Source: Candidatus Uhrbacteria bacterium (GTDB lineage: Bacteria; Patescibacteriota; Patescibacteriia; UBA9934). From it: a stretch of 64,000 nt of DNA. The notes under the pieces are model-generated. The model searched no databases and had not been told where the DNA came from. It was given only the letters and a program-made list of their open reading frames with translations. The DNA is taken from the NCBI GenBank assembly GCA_018664485.1, contig JABJOE010000007.1:68353-132352 (forward strand). Reading direction: 5' to 3'. Every line of letters starts with the position of its first letter. Within the stretch, counting starts at the first letter, position 1. Made by a program: the position numbers and the translations under genes. This document shows, piece after piece, positions 8,976 through 18,526 of the stretch.

Positions 8976-10925
8976 CTAAAATTTCACCTGTGAGTTCAGT
9001 GTAACGATCGCCTTCAATTCAGCAGGGCTTAAAGTCTCCTCCCCTTGATTTCGCAATTTAGCCGCAACTTCTGCAACAGAACTACCACTATGCAACCCCT
9101 CCTGTACCATCGATAAGTACAGCTGATTAATCGGACTTGATCGCCACGCAGCGATACCTGCAATGCGCTCTTCGTAATCCGTTTCTTCAAGCAATGAAAG
9201 TGTGTCAGCGACTTTTCTTGCAGACCCGTCTGGATCCGATGCCAACCTACGGAAATCAGAAACCTTCATAGTCCCTAATTCTTCCACAGGACCAATAAGT
9301 GTTGGTATATATTTTACATCCGTTACTTTTTGACGCTCTTTTGGTGCCGCTTTCGGTGGAGCAGAGGCAGTACTCAGCTTAACTTTCGCTTTTGACGGGC
9401 GATCCTTAGCTCGTGCCTCTCGCTCAGATCCCACATCAACCTTTTCGTGTTGAGCGCTAAGCTCCTCGTCTTTTGTTCGTGCAGCACTCACTCGAGCGCC
9501 AGGAAGTACCGGTTTTATAGACTCTTTGGATGGACTCTTTGTCAGCGCCGCATACCGACGATCCATTATATTTCCACCAGCCTTCTTTGGAACTTGCCCA
9601 ACTTTCACAACCTGCTTAACTTTTTTGTGCGACAATTCCCACTCCTGCCTTATAAGAGCGAGTGATTTAATAGCAGTTTGAGCCGTCTTCCCGTCGAACC
9701 CGTGAAGCTCTTTTAACTGCTGGAACAAACGATCTGGCCCCAGTCTTCCCTTCATGACAGCTTCCGCATAAGAAGCAGCCTTTTTCTTCGTAAGTTTCTT
9801 GCCAGTTGCATGTTCGAGTAAAACACCAGCCGCTTTCTCAATTTCTTTTGAAATAGATTTTGCACTCACAACTGGAGTAGATTTTTCGAGCTTGCGCTTA
9901 TGCTCTTCGATCTCCTGCTTTTCTTTATGATCAATAAGTTCGCCAGCTATGACAGGGACTTCTTTTGTAAGTGCAGTCGTCGTTAAAATTGCCGGTGGGG
10001 CCGCTTTTGAAACAGCTACCTCAACGGATTTTTCAGATGTTACCCCAGGCTCTGGCTTCGGTTGCCGCTTTTTGTAGGTGATCTTTACTTCGGGTTTTTT
10101 CTTTTCGATTTTTGGTTCTTTTGGGACTTCTTGCACGATCGGCCTTGGTTCCGGCTTAGGTTCCGGCTTAGGTTCCGGCTTAGGTTCCAGCTTAGGTTCC
10201 AGCTTAGGTTCCGGTAATGATATTACCTCAGGCGTAACAGGCTTTTCCTCGATCTTTTTTCCACCATCTGCTTTGGTAGGTTCTGGCAAGTCAATAACAT
10301 CTTCTTTAGCGCTCATTTCACCTTTGTAATCTTCCGCAGCCGTAAGATCTAATGCATCTAACCAACCCAATACCTTCGTAATATGTACATCAGCTAATCC
10401 AAGACCACCAATATTCATCGGCCGTTTCATCAATGTTACTGTCGCATCTTTACTTCGCTCTTTGCTCAAATAACCCTTTGCAAGATATACAAAACGTTTC
10501 AATAAATGTTCCGGCAAATCTAGCCCGAGTTTATCAGCCTGTGCACGCAATAATGAAACAACAGTAACTGAGTCTTCTTTGAGTCTAATCGTAGAAAAAT
10601 CAGTCACCTTCCCTCCCCAAGCAATCAGTTGTTTTTCTACCCCACCAATATAATGATCGAGTTGCAACAACCTATGTCCTGCGAGCTGAATAGATATAGC
10701 CTTAGCGTCATCTTTTGACACCCCAAAAGCCTCCTTCACAAAATCCGGCATCTTATCAATCGCAAGATGTCCATCCATTACAGCATCTAATAAATCTAAA
10801 AACTCCTCTCCACGCCCCGCTGGGAGACTGTATTTTTCCTCAAGTGTATCGAGAACGTCGTAAATCTCAATGCCCATCAAGAATTTACGGATTTTGCTAA
10901 CAGATTTTAAATTCCGTTTTACCAT
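8976..10925 (-). CDS. hypothetical Lys/Pro-rich protein (649 aa) with a central (PEPK)n linker. It is a T4SS-cluster component of unknown role.
   Basis: A complete ORF with no TM helix. It contains the low-complexity PEPKLEPKLEPKPEPKPEPKPEPRP and a conserved-looking C-terminal globular region. Confidence 0.6.
   Translation of the reverse strand: MVKRNLKSVSKIRKFLMGIEIYDVLDTLEEKYSLPAGRGEEFLDLLDAVMDGHLAIDKMPDFVKEAFGVSKDDAKAISIQLAGHRLLQLDHYIGGVEKQLIAWGGKVTDFSTIRLKEDSVTVVSLLRAQADKLGLDLPEHLLKRFVYLAKGYLSKERSKDATVTLMKRPMNIGGLGLADVHITKVLGWLDALDLTAAEDYKGEMSAKEDVIDLPEPTKADGGKKIEEKPVTPEVISLPEPKLEPKLEPKPEPKPEPKPEPRPIVQEVPKEPKIEKKKPEVKITYKKRQPKPEPGVTSEKSVEVAVSKAAPPAILTTTALTKEVPVIAGELIDHKEKQEIEEHKRKLEKSTPVVSAKSISKEIEKAAGVLLEHATGKKLTKKKAASYAEAVMKGRLGPDRLFQQLKELHGFDGKTAQTAIKSLALIRQEWELSHKKVKQVVKVGQVPKKAGGNIMDRRYAALTKSPSKESIKPVLPGARVSAARTKDEELSAQHEKVDVGSEREARAKDRPSKAKVKLSTASAPPKAAPKERQKVTDVKYIPTLIGPVEELGTMKVSDFRRLASDPDGSARKVADTLSLLEETDYEERIAGIAAWRSSPINQLYLSMVQEGLHSGSSVAEVAAKLRNQGEETLSPAELKAIVTLNSQVKF
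10141..10212. repeat. 12-bp tandem microsatellite, (GGTTCCGGCTTA)x6 with C/A variants, encoding (PEPK)n
   Basis: ggttccggcttaggttccggcttaggttccggcttaggttccagcttaggttccagcttaggttccgg is seen directly in the sequence. Confidence 0.85.
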
Positions 10926-10947
10926 GTTAAATTAATTCTACAACGTA

Positions 10948-13929
10948 TTACGGCGTAGCAGTAGGTGGAGGTGTGTTGCGATGAAGTGCCCTGAATTGAT
11001 TAAGCTTTGTAGTAAGTTGTTTTGTAGCACCACCAGCAACCTCAGCCGCAGCATGCTCACGCTCAAGTGCATCAAGAGTTGCTTTTGCAGACTTGCGAAT
11101 ACGATCCTGTAACCCTGGATCCTTATCATCCCCCGCACGGTCATACAAATCAGACATATTCCGGGCAGTTGCAGACGTAGTTTTACTCGCAATAAGCTTC
11201 GTCAAATCCGTAGATCCTTGCGTGCTATCAATATTCGCTTGGAAATTAAAGGTTTGTGTTGGTTGCTGAACGATCATCTCCCTTACAGACTTCTTCTGAT
11301 CCTCACCCTGGAATCCACCTGAACCATTAACAAAATTATTTGCTGCCCCACCTGTGACATCAGCACTGAGATATGCTTTTTGATATTGGCGTCGCTCCTC
11401 AGCAGACAAGTCAGCGTTCTGACCACCTTTCTCCAATTCATCCATGATTTTATTATAAGCCGCCGGATTAGTAGCCTGCATACCCTCAAGGCCACCAAGG
11501 TCTGTTCCTGCCTTCATCATCGCCTTTGCCATCGATTGGATCTTCTTGTCATCCAGCTCACTAACTCCGGCAGTGTTATTGGTACTGAGATGATCAACTG
11601 TTAGATCGGAAATCTTCAACTTCTCGTTCTTAAGGGCCTGTGCAATACGTGAAGGATTCTCAATACCTGCACCGCCGCCTGTACCACGATATAGTTCATC
11701 AAACTTAGCGCCTTCACCACTCGCAGCATTCTTAACTTTAGTACCAACACCGCCTTTTCCGAGCGCGGCTTGATCAAGCGCACTCTCTCTAACAATATTA
11801 TTGTCTTTGTCACGAAATTCACGCATCGTCTTTGCAGATAACGCCTCCAACACATGCTCACTTTCCATATCCTCCTCACTGAGCATACTGATCTTAAAGT
11901 CGTCTCCCATCTCATTAAGGAACTCTGTGATGGCCTGAGTTTCATTACCTGCAGCGGCACCGGCTGCGACACCACGCAAGTTTCCTGCCTTCATCTTGTT
12001 AAGATCAGACTTCTTATCACCAAGCATCGCTTTACCGGAATCACTACCAGACCATTCGAGCACTCTACTCATCTGTTCATCATAAATTTCATTCTGTCGT
12101 TCTTTCATCCAGGCAGCCTTCTCCTTCTCATCAGCGAAATTATTATTCTTACCGGCTTCTGACTTTGCACGCTCTTCAGCAAGTCCCTTAAGCTCTTTAC
12201 GCTCCTTCCCATCTGTAGCTAAACGTGCGTAAGCACCCTCAACCTTATTACGATCTGAAGCTGCCTTTGGCATTTTCGGTCTACCATCCTCACCCATCTC
12301 AAGATCCATAACACTACCAACACGGTGTCGAGCTGTCATGCCGTCAAGTGATTCGCTTGCAGCGGCACGAGCCTCCGCCTGCATAGCATTACCCTTACCT
12401 TCAACCCATCCACCAGCTCCACGTGCAAGGTTTCCAGCTATACGACCAGAGAGACCTCCGCGTGCTTCCATCTCTCCACCAAATCCCTGTACAGCCTTTC
12501 CAAGATTGGAAAAAGTACCTTCACGTGATTCCAGTTGTCGAGCGCCCTCAATAGCAGCCATCTTTCCACCCTTAAGCGCCAAGCGCCCACCAGCCATACC
12601 GGCACGAGCGCCAAGTCGAGCGCCAGCCATACCACCACGTACACCGAGTCGGCCAGTCTTGTAAGCCAAAGACGCAGGCGCCTTAACAGCGTTCTTCACA
12701 AGAGACTTTCCAGTATTTTCGTTAATCATCTTTCCGGCAAAACCACCCATGCCTGATGCAGCGCTACTCGCAGCCTGGAAACCAGCCATAATCAAAACCA
12801 TGGCAAGGAACAAACTCAATAGCTCTTCAATCCGGAATACCTCCGCAAGCAACGATGGCACATCTTCCGTACCTTCAATTGGGAATCCTTCAGATGAAGC
12901 CAAAGACCCCTCGGCTGCGGCAGCAAGTGCAAGCCACAGAAAGAATGTCAAAATCGGCCCCAATGTGACGGCACCAATAAGCTTAGTCCACCACTCCCCC
13001 GCAGGTCCTCCGGCTCTAGGCACGATTTCTTTGATACCACTCAAAAAGAATGCCATTGGAGACATGATAAGTAGTACCCAGATTAGAACAATTCTATAAA
13101 TAAAGACGATCGCTAGCAAAACCAGCACTCCTAAAACAGCAATCATGAATACGAGCGTCGCATATGAGGTCGCAAGGTACCCAAGTCCTTCCATTGGCGC
13201 TCCTCCAGCTGAAAAGTTATTAATGGCGTCGATGTTATCGATGTTGTTTGCAAAGAATGACGTCAGCTGGAACATGTTGACGAAGTTCCCGGCAGCAATA
13301 TCACGCAAAGCGTTTACAAAGGTAAACATCACAACCTGCCCAACGTCGACGATGAGCAATGTAATAGTACGACTGAAGTTTACGGCAACGATCGCGATGA
13401 ACAACCTCGGAAGTTGCTGCTGCCAATTGGCAGATTTAGATCCAATAATCGTTTTAATCGCAATTACCAACAAAATGATAATCACGAACATGTTCACAAC
13501 GTCGCGAACCAAAGGCCAACCGATATCAACGATGTTACTGTCAGCGAATCCGTTGTAGCCCATGATCGGAATGACAACCATTCCCAAAATCAAAACAATC
13601 AGTTTTCCAATAGCGTAACCAATGACGTTTAAAATAAGTGCTGCGAACAGAAGGAGGATGTCGAGCATCGTTCCGATCTGTGAAAGCAACATCTCTCCAA
13701 AATCTTGCGCATGCGCCGGGTGTGCAGCTGCAAACACAAACATGGCAGCAAGAGTACCAACAGTAGAAAGTCGGTTCTTTTGAAGCCATCGTGTGCAACG
13801 CTTAAAGCCGGTGCGCAAGTAGTGCATATCTATACAAAGTATAACACAGCGATCTGTAGTCGCCGTTTTTATATTCACACTCGATATACTGCTGAAAACT
13901 AAGCGCAAAGATGAGGCGCACACGAGCAC
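10948..13929 (-). CDS. VirB6/TrbL-like polytopic membrane protein with a long C-terminal Gly/Ala/Lys-rich hydrophilic extension (up to 993 aa)
   Basis: There is a possible signal peptide ending AHPAHAQD and then at least six TM helices across about 400 aa. A 550-aa low-complexity tail follows. The gene sits between the M23 hydrolase and the VirB3/VirB4 genes. The ORF caller starts at a GTG at 13929, and MHYLRTG at about 13825 is a more plausible start. Confidence 0.6.
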   Translation of the reverse strand: MLVCASSLRLVFSSISSVNIKTATTDRCVILCIDMHYLRTGFKRCTRWLQKNRLSTVGTLAAMFVFAAAHPAHAQDFGEMLLSQIGTMLDILLLFAALILNVIGYAIGKLIVLILGMVVIPIMGYNGFADSNIVDIGWPLVRDVVNMFVIIILLVIAIKTIIGSKSANWQQQLPRLFIAIVAVNFSRTITLLIVDVGQVVMFTFVNALRDIAAGNFVNMFQLTSFFANNIDNIDAINNFSAGGAPMEGLGYLATSYATLVFMIAVLGVLVLLAIVFIYRIVLIWVLLIMSPMAFFLSGIKEIVPRAGGPAGEWWTKLIGAVTLGPILTFFLWLALAAAAEGSLASSEGFPIEGTEDVPSLLAEVFRIEELLSLFLAMVLIMAGFQAASSAASGMGGFAGKMINENTGKSLVKNAVKAPASLAYKTGRLGVRGGMAGARLGARAGMAGGRLALKGGKMAAIEGARQLESREGTFSNLGKAVQGFGGEMEARGGLSGRIAGNLARGAGGWVEGKGNAMQAEARAAASESLDGMTARHRVGSVMDLEMGEDGRPKMPKAASDRNKVEGAYARLATDGKERKELKGLAEERAKSEAGKNNNFADEKEKAAWMKERQNEIYDEQMSRVLEWSGSDSGKAMLGDKKSDLNKMKAGNLRGVAAGAAAGNETQAITEFLNEMGDDFKISMLSEEDMESEHVLEALSAKTMREFRDKDNNIVRESALDQAALGKGGVGTKVKNAASGEGAKFDELYRGTGGGAGIENPSRIAQALKNEKLKISDLTVDHLSTNNTAGVSELDDKKIQSMAKAMMKAGTDLGGLEGMQATNPAAYNKIMDELEKGGQNADLSAEERRQYQKAYLSADVTGGAANNFVNGSGGFQGEDQKKSVREMIVQQPTQTFNFQANIDSTQGSTDLTKLIASKTTSATARNMSDLYDRAGDDKDPGLQDRIRKSAKATLDALEREHAAAEVAGGATKQLTTKLNQFRALHRNTPPPTATP

Positions 13930-13949
13930 GCCCCATCACGTTTTAGCCT

Positions 13950-15764
13950 CTACTCCATCGACCTGCAATCGGTATGCGAGAGCGGTGACAATTCACCAGC
14001 CTGCACCTGAAAACACAGGGCGTGACTCATGTCCTGGTTTTCGTGACAGAGCTCAGAGCTGGTAGACGATGAAAGACAGTCCTGCCAGAACATCGCCCAC
14101 TCACTTTGCGTCCTCATGTTGATGCGATACCAACCCTCATCGAAAGCGTACCAGCCAATGTCGGTATCAGTATCGTACTCAACGAGATAACTCATGTCGT
14201 ACGACCATCCACCGCTCACTCCAACGCCGGTCACGGCAACATCAGCTCCATCTACTGAATTCGAGAACGTTTCACCAATTCGCAAGCCAAGCGCTGCGCC
14301 ATCCACGTAAATCCACGTCAGACCTTCTGCGAGATCATCGGGAATAACCGGCTCCTCCTGCTCATCATCTTGTGTGCCACCAGTGTCGCCTTCGTCTTCG
14401 GACGTGTCTCCCTCCCCCTCCTCGTCGTCTTGAATACCCCCGTCTGCTGAATAGGTTCCCTCAACCGTCGGACCACCACAGGTCATGATGTCGGCACTCG
14501 ACAGGCAATAACTTCCAGAAGCGCAGTCGCCCACCCTACTCATTACCGATCGGATCGAGCCATCGTCCACTTGCATGAGCTCGCGGTCGTACAGATCCAT
14601 CAGCAGATATGTTTCCCAGTCCAAGATAGGCATTGCGATGCCATCTGCGACGAAGTACACGTCCGACTCTCCGGCCTCGGTCACAATCGTTCCGTCTCGG
14701 AAAGGTGTGAAGCTATTTACTACCGGGTAGTGCTCGAGCATATTACTGTCGCCGCTCAGATCATCGTATGTACTCGCCGTAATACCCCAGCTCTTGAGCG
14801 TGGCCTGCCAAGTACTCGTACGAACTCGCTGTGCGTATCGATTTTCGTCATCACCAGCACCGACCAACAGCCAAACCTGGCCATCGTCGTAGAGCGCCCG
14901 GATCTCCGTCGCCGTCTCCAGCATCGTTCCTGTGTCAAAGCAGCTGAGCTCCCTCTCATCAACGATCACCAGATCATCAAAAGAGAAGTTGTAGCTCCAG
15001 AACACCTCCTCATCGAGAATTTCACGTGCTTTGCCACCCTCGATGAGGTAGACGTTCGAATCGCTTGGCGTCTTTACCAATGCCCCGTTTGGATGCCACT
15101 TGGACGTACTCAGTTGCGAATCATAGATATGCCCGTCGTAGAGTCCACAGACGAAGTCTGCGACCGGGATCGTGCGAACGACCGTATTTGACCGGTCATA
15201 AGCACGGATCGACAGACCATCAATGGACGTACCTAGCGAAGCGTTTACCCACGCATCTCCCTCATGGCGACCAATATGAACATGGTCGCCGGTTGCAGCA
15301 CCAGTAGCCCCTTCAAAGCCAAGAATCTGGCCGGAAGCAACTTCTTCACCGTGCTCAATGAGTACAGCACTCAAGTGCGCGAGCAGAATGTAAGTTCCGT
15401 CACCCAAATCAATGTTGATGTGTGTACCGAAGCCATCGGTGCTTTCGTGTACATATGCCGTGCCGCCGATTGGTGCGTAAAGCAAGTCGTCAGACACATT
15501 GGGCGTGTCGAAGTCCAAATCGAACTGCGTTGAGATGTATGCGTGCGAATAGCTTTCGCCCACACCCTGCACACACTGACTCGAGTAGCCCGAAGCGAAG
15601 GGCATATTGATGGTAATCGCATCGCGGCCACCTCCAACGCCGGGACTCACAGTCGACACATCATGATACGCGCCACATCCGCCATAGGACACAACGAACA
15701 TCACCAGCGCCGTCCCCCATGCAATCGCATTGAGAACCGCCAGAACCGTTTTGATAGTCGGCAT
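13950..15764 (-). CDS. secreted M23-family metallopeptidase (peptidoglycan hydrolase), 604 aa, with an acidic C-terminal tail
   Basis: An N-terminal hydrophobic segment (LAVLNAIAWGTALVMFVV) is followed by the M23 motif (FEGATGAATGDHVHIGRHEGD, i.e. HxH) and upstream H/D residues. The gene is the first of the T4SS-like operon and has a local GC of about 55-58%. Confidence 0.75.
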   Translation of the reverse strand: MPTIKTVLAVLNAIAWGTALVMFVVSYGGCGAYHDVSTVSPGVGGGRDAITINMPFASGYSSQCVQGVGESYSHAYISTQFDLDFDTPNVSDDLLYAPIGGTAYVHESTDGFGTHINIDLGDGTYILLAHLSAVLIEHGEEVASGQILGFEGATGAATGDHVHIGRHEGDAWVNASLGTSIDGLSIRAYDRSNTVVRTIPVADFVCGLYDGHIYDSQLSTSKWHPNGALVKTPSDSNVYLIEGGKAREILDEEVFWSYNFSFDDLVIVDERELSCFDTGTMLETATEIRALYDDGQVWLLVGAGDDENRYAQRVRTSTWQATLKSWGITASTYDDLSGDSNMLEHYPVVNSFTPFRDGTIVTEAGESDVYFVADGIAMPILDWETYLLMDLYDRELMQVDDGSIRSVMSRVGDCASGSYCLSSADIMTCGGPTVEGTYSADGGIQDDEEGEGDTSEDEGDTGGTQDDEQEEPVIPDDLAEGLTWIYVDGAALGLRIGETFSNSVDGADVAVTGVGVSGGWSYDMSYLVEYDTDTDIGWYAFDEGWYRINMRTQSEWAMFWQDCLSSSTSSELCHENQDMSHALCFQVQAGELSPLSHTDCRSME

Positions 15765-16423
15765 TCCGACTCCATTTGTAGAAGTACATGAGAAACGTAA
15801 TCGAAATGATCAACGGCCTCCCTTTTTGTAGGAGTCCCACAATTTGCGGGGGTAGAAAAAGTGAACGTTGAGTACTTCGATATATTGATTCGTGCGGGGC
15901 GGGCCGAAACCCACCCCAGAAGGACGAACACGAATCGTTGCGATCCTCACTCCCCATAAGGATCTATAGACTGTCACTCATCGATGACATATGTCAGGAT
16001 CTCGCGATGAGCGTTGTAACCGATGCGGTCTACACAATAACCAGGACGGCGTTTGATATGCGGCTAACAATTCTCTCTCCTCATGTTGCTACATACGTTT
16101 ACGGGCGGGCCAGTAAATTGCGTTTCGTTTTTGCAGAGGTTCCTACATCCATTTCCTCATGTACACAGACCATCTGCAATAGTTCTTTTAGTGTGTTCTG
16201 GCTGTTTGCTGTCAAAGTGATTTGGCAGCCTGTTTATTTTTGTAATGTTGAGCGCTACCGATGGTGTCATCGTTACTCGACAGCTCATGGGGACAACATT
16301 TTTGAGAAATAATCACGGCGCAAGATTTGAAATAGTTTTACAGAAACTTTTTATAAAAAAGCATCAATCCCCGCCCGAGAGTTCTCGGACGGGGTCATAC
16401 GCTTTAAATCTCACTCTACGCTA

Positions 16424-17226
16424 TCAGGGTTTGAGGTTGCTGAGGCATGCCGCCTTGCGAGCTTTTCTCGCTGCGTTTTCTTGTTCCTCTTCGTCGCGCC
16501 ATTCTCGGATAAGCTTCTCGATTCGCTCTTGGTCTGATCCGCCTTGAGCTTCGCGTACTCGGAGCTCTTCGATGTAGCTCGGCGTGAATTCCGGAGTAAA
16601 GGCGCCGCCCGGATATCTCGCACTACTATGTGCACCCGGGAATTCTTCAGAACACGGCGAGTAATCAGTGATGATCATTGCAGTCACATGCACAGGCTCT
16701 GCAAGCTCGCCCGTTCGAAGGCCGCATGGGTCACTTGGCATCATGCACTTGCGTGCAAGCATTTCCACCGAGCTACGCTCGTTGCCGGCGCTATCATAGT
16801 AGATCCAGCGATCCGGGTCATTGACCTTACCGTGAACCCAGAGAAGTCCAATCGCCATAGCTACAGCAACTACGCGAGACATCGCCTGGCCACGGCTCAC
16901 AACTACACGTCTCCATGGACGGTTCTTACTTCCCCATCCGGCTCGTTCGTATACAGCACCCTCCCACCAATTGACATCGAACAAGCCAGGCGCGATTACG
17001 GAGTCTGCCGAATCAGGATCTCCGGGTGCGTAGCGGGGATCGGTATCTGACGTACCGCTGCCTCCGCCGATTCCGAGTTCTTGTATGACCGCTCCGGCCA
17101 GTGAATCATCCTCACCTACGTCTTCGTAATCAGGCACCCTTACACGTGGAGCCCCCTCAGGCCTTGGTCGTGAAGCAGCTCTGCGCGACCGTCCTGTAAC
17201 CGTACCTCTTACTGGAAATCTACTCA
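16424..17226 (-). CDS. hypothetical protein (267 aa) with an Arg-rich N-terminus and a central TM helix. It lies in a GC-rich islet.
   Basis: An ATG at 17226 is preceded by GGAGAGGAGG. The ORF caller extended to 17278. The sequence includes RVVAVAMAIGLLWV. Confidence 0.5.
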
Positions 17227-17621
17227 TGAAGCCTCCTCTCCCCCGGCACACGATAAAATTTAAATAGTATTTCGTCAAAACAATTATGTAGTCTTGGTTG
17301 AGAGTTGGATATATTTGAAAATTTCTGTTTTAGTTGGCTAGATTTGGCGAAAAGTTATTCAGTAGTTATGCACAATCGTAAATATATGAATTAGGCCGAA
17401 ACTAGCAATAAACATGAGTTTTTGTGTAGTTTTTGAAAAATCGTTTAAACTTCGCCAATTTTGTTCATGGATGGTTGACAGATCCATTGACTTTTTGGCT
17501 AATCCATGCCATGCTATAGATAGTTTCAAGGAGTGCGTCTTGCATTTTCCTGATCCCGTTCTTTCTGAGTCCGTTAAATCGGACATGCTGTAGCTGCAAC
17601 CCCCACCCACAACTCGAGGTC

Positions 17622-18332
17622 ATGATGCGCTTCCTTAGCCTTCTCACTCTCGCTGTGGCCCTGGCGGGCTGCGGCAATTCCAACAACCCAGACGCCGACG
17701 ACGGAAATGTCGGAGGCACCGATACGGACACCACGCTCAACGGCACCGCGTACTTCACGCCTGGCGGCATCGGCATCACCGACAGCGACGGCAACGTCAA
17801 CGTCGAAAGCTGCACCTCCACGCTGTACGAAGATGACGAGACGCTCAACTACGGTCTGACCGGCGAGACTCTCGCCGTCCCTGTGGCGAGCAACGGCGAC
17901 ATCGACGTCACTGTGAAGCACGGAAGCCCCGAGCTCGTTGGCTGTGACGGTCAGTACCTCCACCCCAGTGGCGGTCAGGACTACATGGCCTTGGACACCG
18001 AGTCCACGCTCAACGACGGCGACACCGAAAACGGCGACAGCCCCATCGGCTTCACCTACTTCGAGTGGGATGGTCAGCTCGACTGCTCTTTCTCGGACGA
18101 CTTCGGCTGGGAAGACGACTGCGATGGCGTGAACGACGCCACCAACGATGCTGGTAAAACCTGTGTCGACAATCGCGGCAAGCTCTCGATCTGCAATGAC
18201 AAGATCGACTTCAGCACCGGTATGGTCAACGGCGACGGTGTTTTGACCGATGTCGAAGCGACTGAGGCTGGACTGACACTGACTTTCCAGAGCAACGGTG
18301 TGAACACTCACGTGAATTGCACGGTCCGCTAG
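17622..18332 (+). CDS. Asp/Gly/Thr-rich lipoprotein (236 aa)
   Basis: Signal peptide with a lipobox, MMRFLSLLTLAVALAGCGNS. The mature part is Asp-rich. GC is about 60%. A GC hairpin plus T-tail follows downstream. Confidence 0.6.
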   Translation: MMRFLSLLTLAVALAGCGNSNNPDADDGNVGGTDTDTTLNGTAYFTPGGIGITDSDGNVNVESCTSTLYEDDETLNYGLTGETLAVPVASNGDIDVTVKHGSPELVGCDGQYLHPSGGQDYMALDTESTLNDGDTENGDSPIGFTYFEWDGQLDCSFSDDFGWEDDCDGVNDATNDAGKTCVDNRGKLSICNDKIDFSTGMVNGDGVLTDVEATEAGLTLTFQSNGVNTHVNCTVR

Positions 18333-18353
18333 TTCGGCCAGCGATCACCTTGG

Positions 18354-18396
18354 CCCCCGACATCCACCCTGTGGTGTCGGGGGTTCTGTGCGTTTA
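18354..18396 (+). terminator. GC-hairpin terminator of the islet family
   Basis: CCCCCGACAtccaccctgtggTGTCGGGGG is followed by TTCTGTGCGTTT. The tail matches the GGGG-TTTCGTGCGTCT tails found at 37104, 37536 and 45418. Confidence 0.5.
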
Positions 18397-18526
18397 AAAA
18401 CAGTTAGAAAAGTTTTTTAGTAACTAGGTGACTAAGTCGTTGAGACGTAAAAAGAAAACACTGGTGTTAACCAGTGTTTTCTTGCTTAGTTACTCAATAG
18501 CTAAATTATTCAGCAGCCCTCCACCC

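Noticed and set aside
10078-10329. Plus-strand ORF with a GLGSGLGS repeat
   Set aside because: It is the antisense reading of the (PEPK)n microsatellite within the 649-aa minus-strand gene.
12338-13099. Plus-strand Pro/Ala/Ser-rich ORFs (12338-12664, 12535-12756, 12749-13099)
   Set aside because: They are antisense to the low-complexity Gly/Ala-rich tail of the VirB6-like gene. Repetitive GC-rich codons generate long antisense ORFs by chance.
14571-15637. Several ORFs on both strands within the M23 peptidase gene
   Set aside because: They are shadow ORFs in a GC-rich coding region. The M23 motifs lie in the long minus-strand frame.
16544-17050. 168-aa plus-strand ORF
   Set aside because: It is antisense to the 16424-17226 gene. 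That gene has a strong GGAGAGGAGG Shine-Dalgarno sequence and a TM helix, so the plus-strand ORF is unlikely to be coding.
17574-18311. 245-aa minus-strand ORF and 17938-18132 plus-strand ORF overlapping the lipoprotein gene
   Set aside because: The plus-strand frame has a textbook lipobox signal peptide and a terminator on its own strand. The minus-strand ORF is a high-GC shadow frame.
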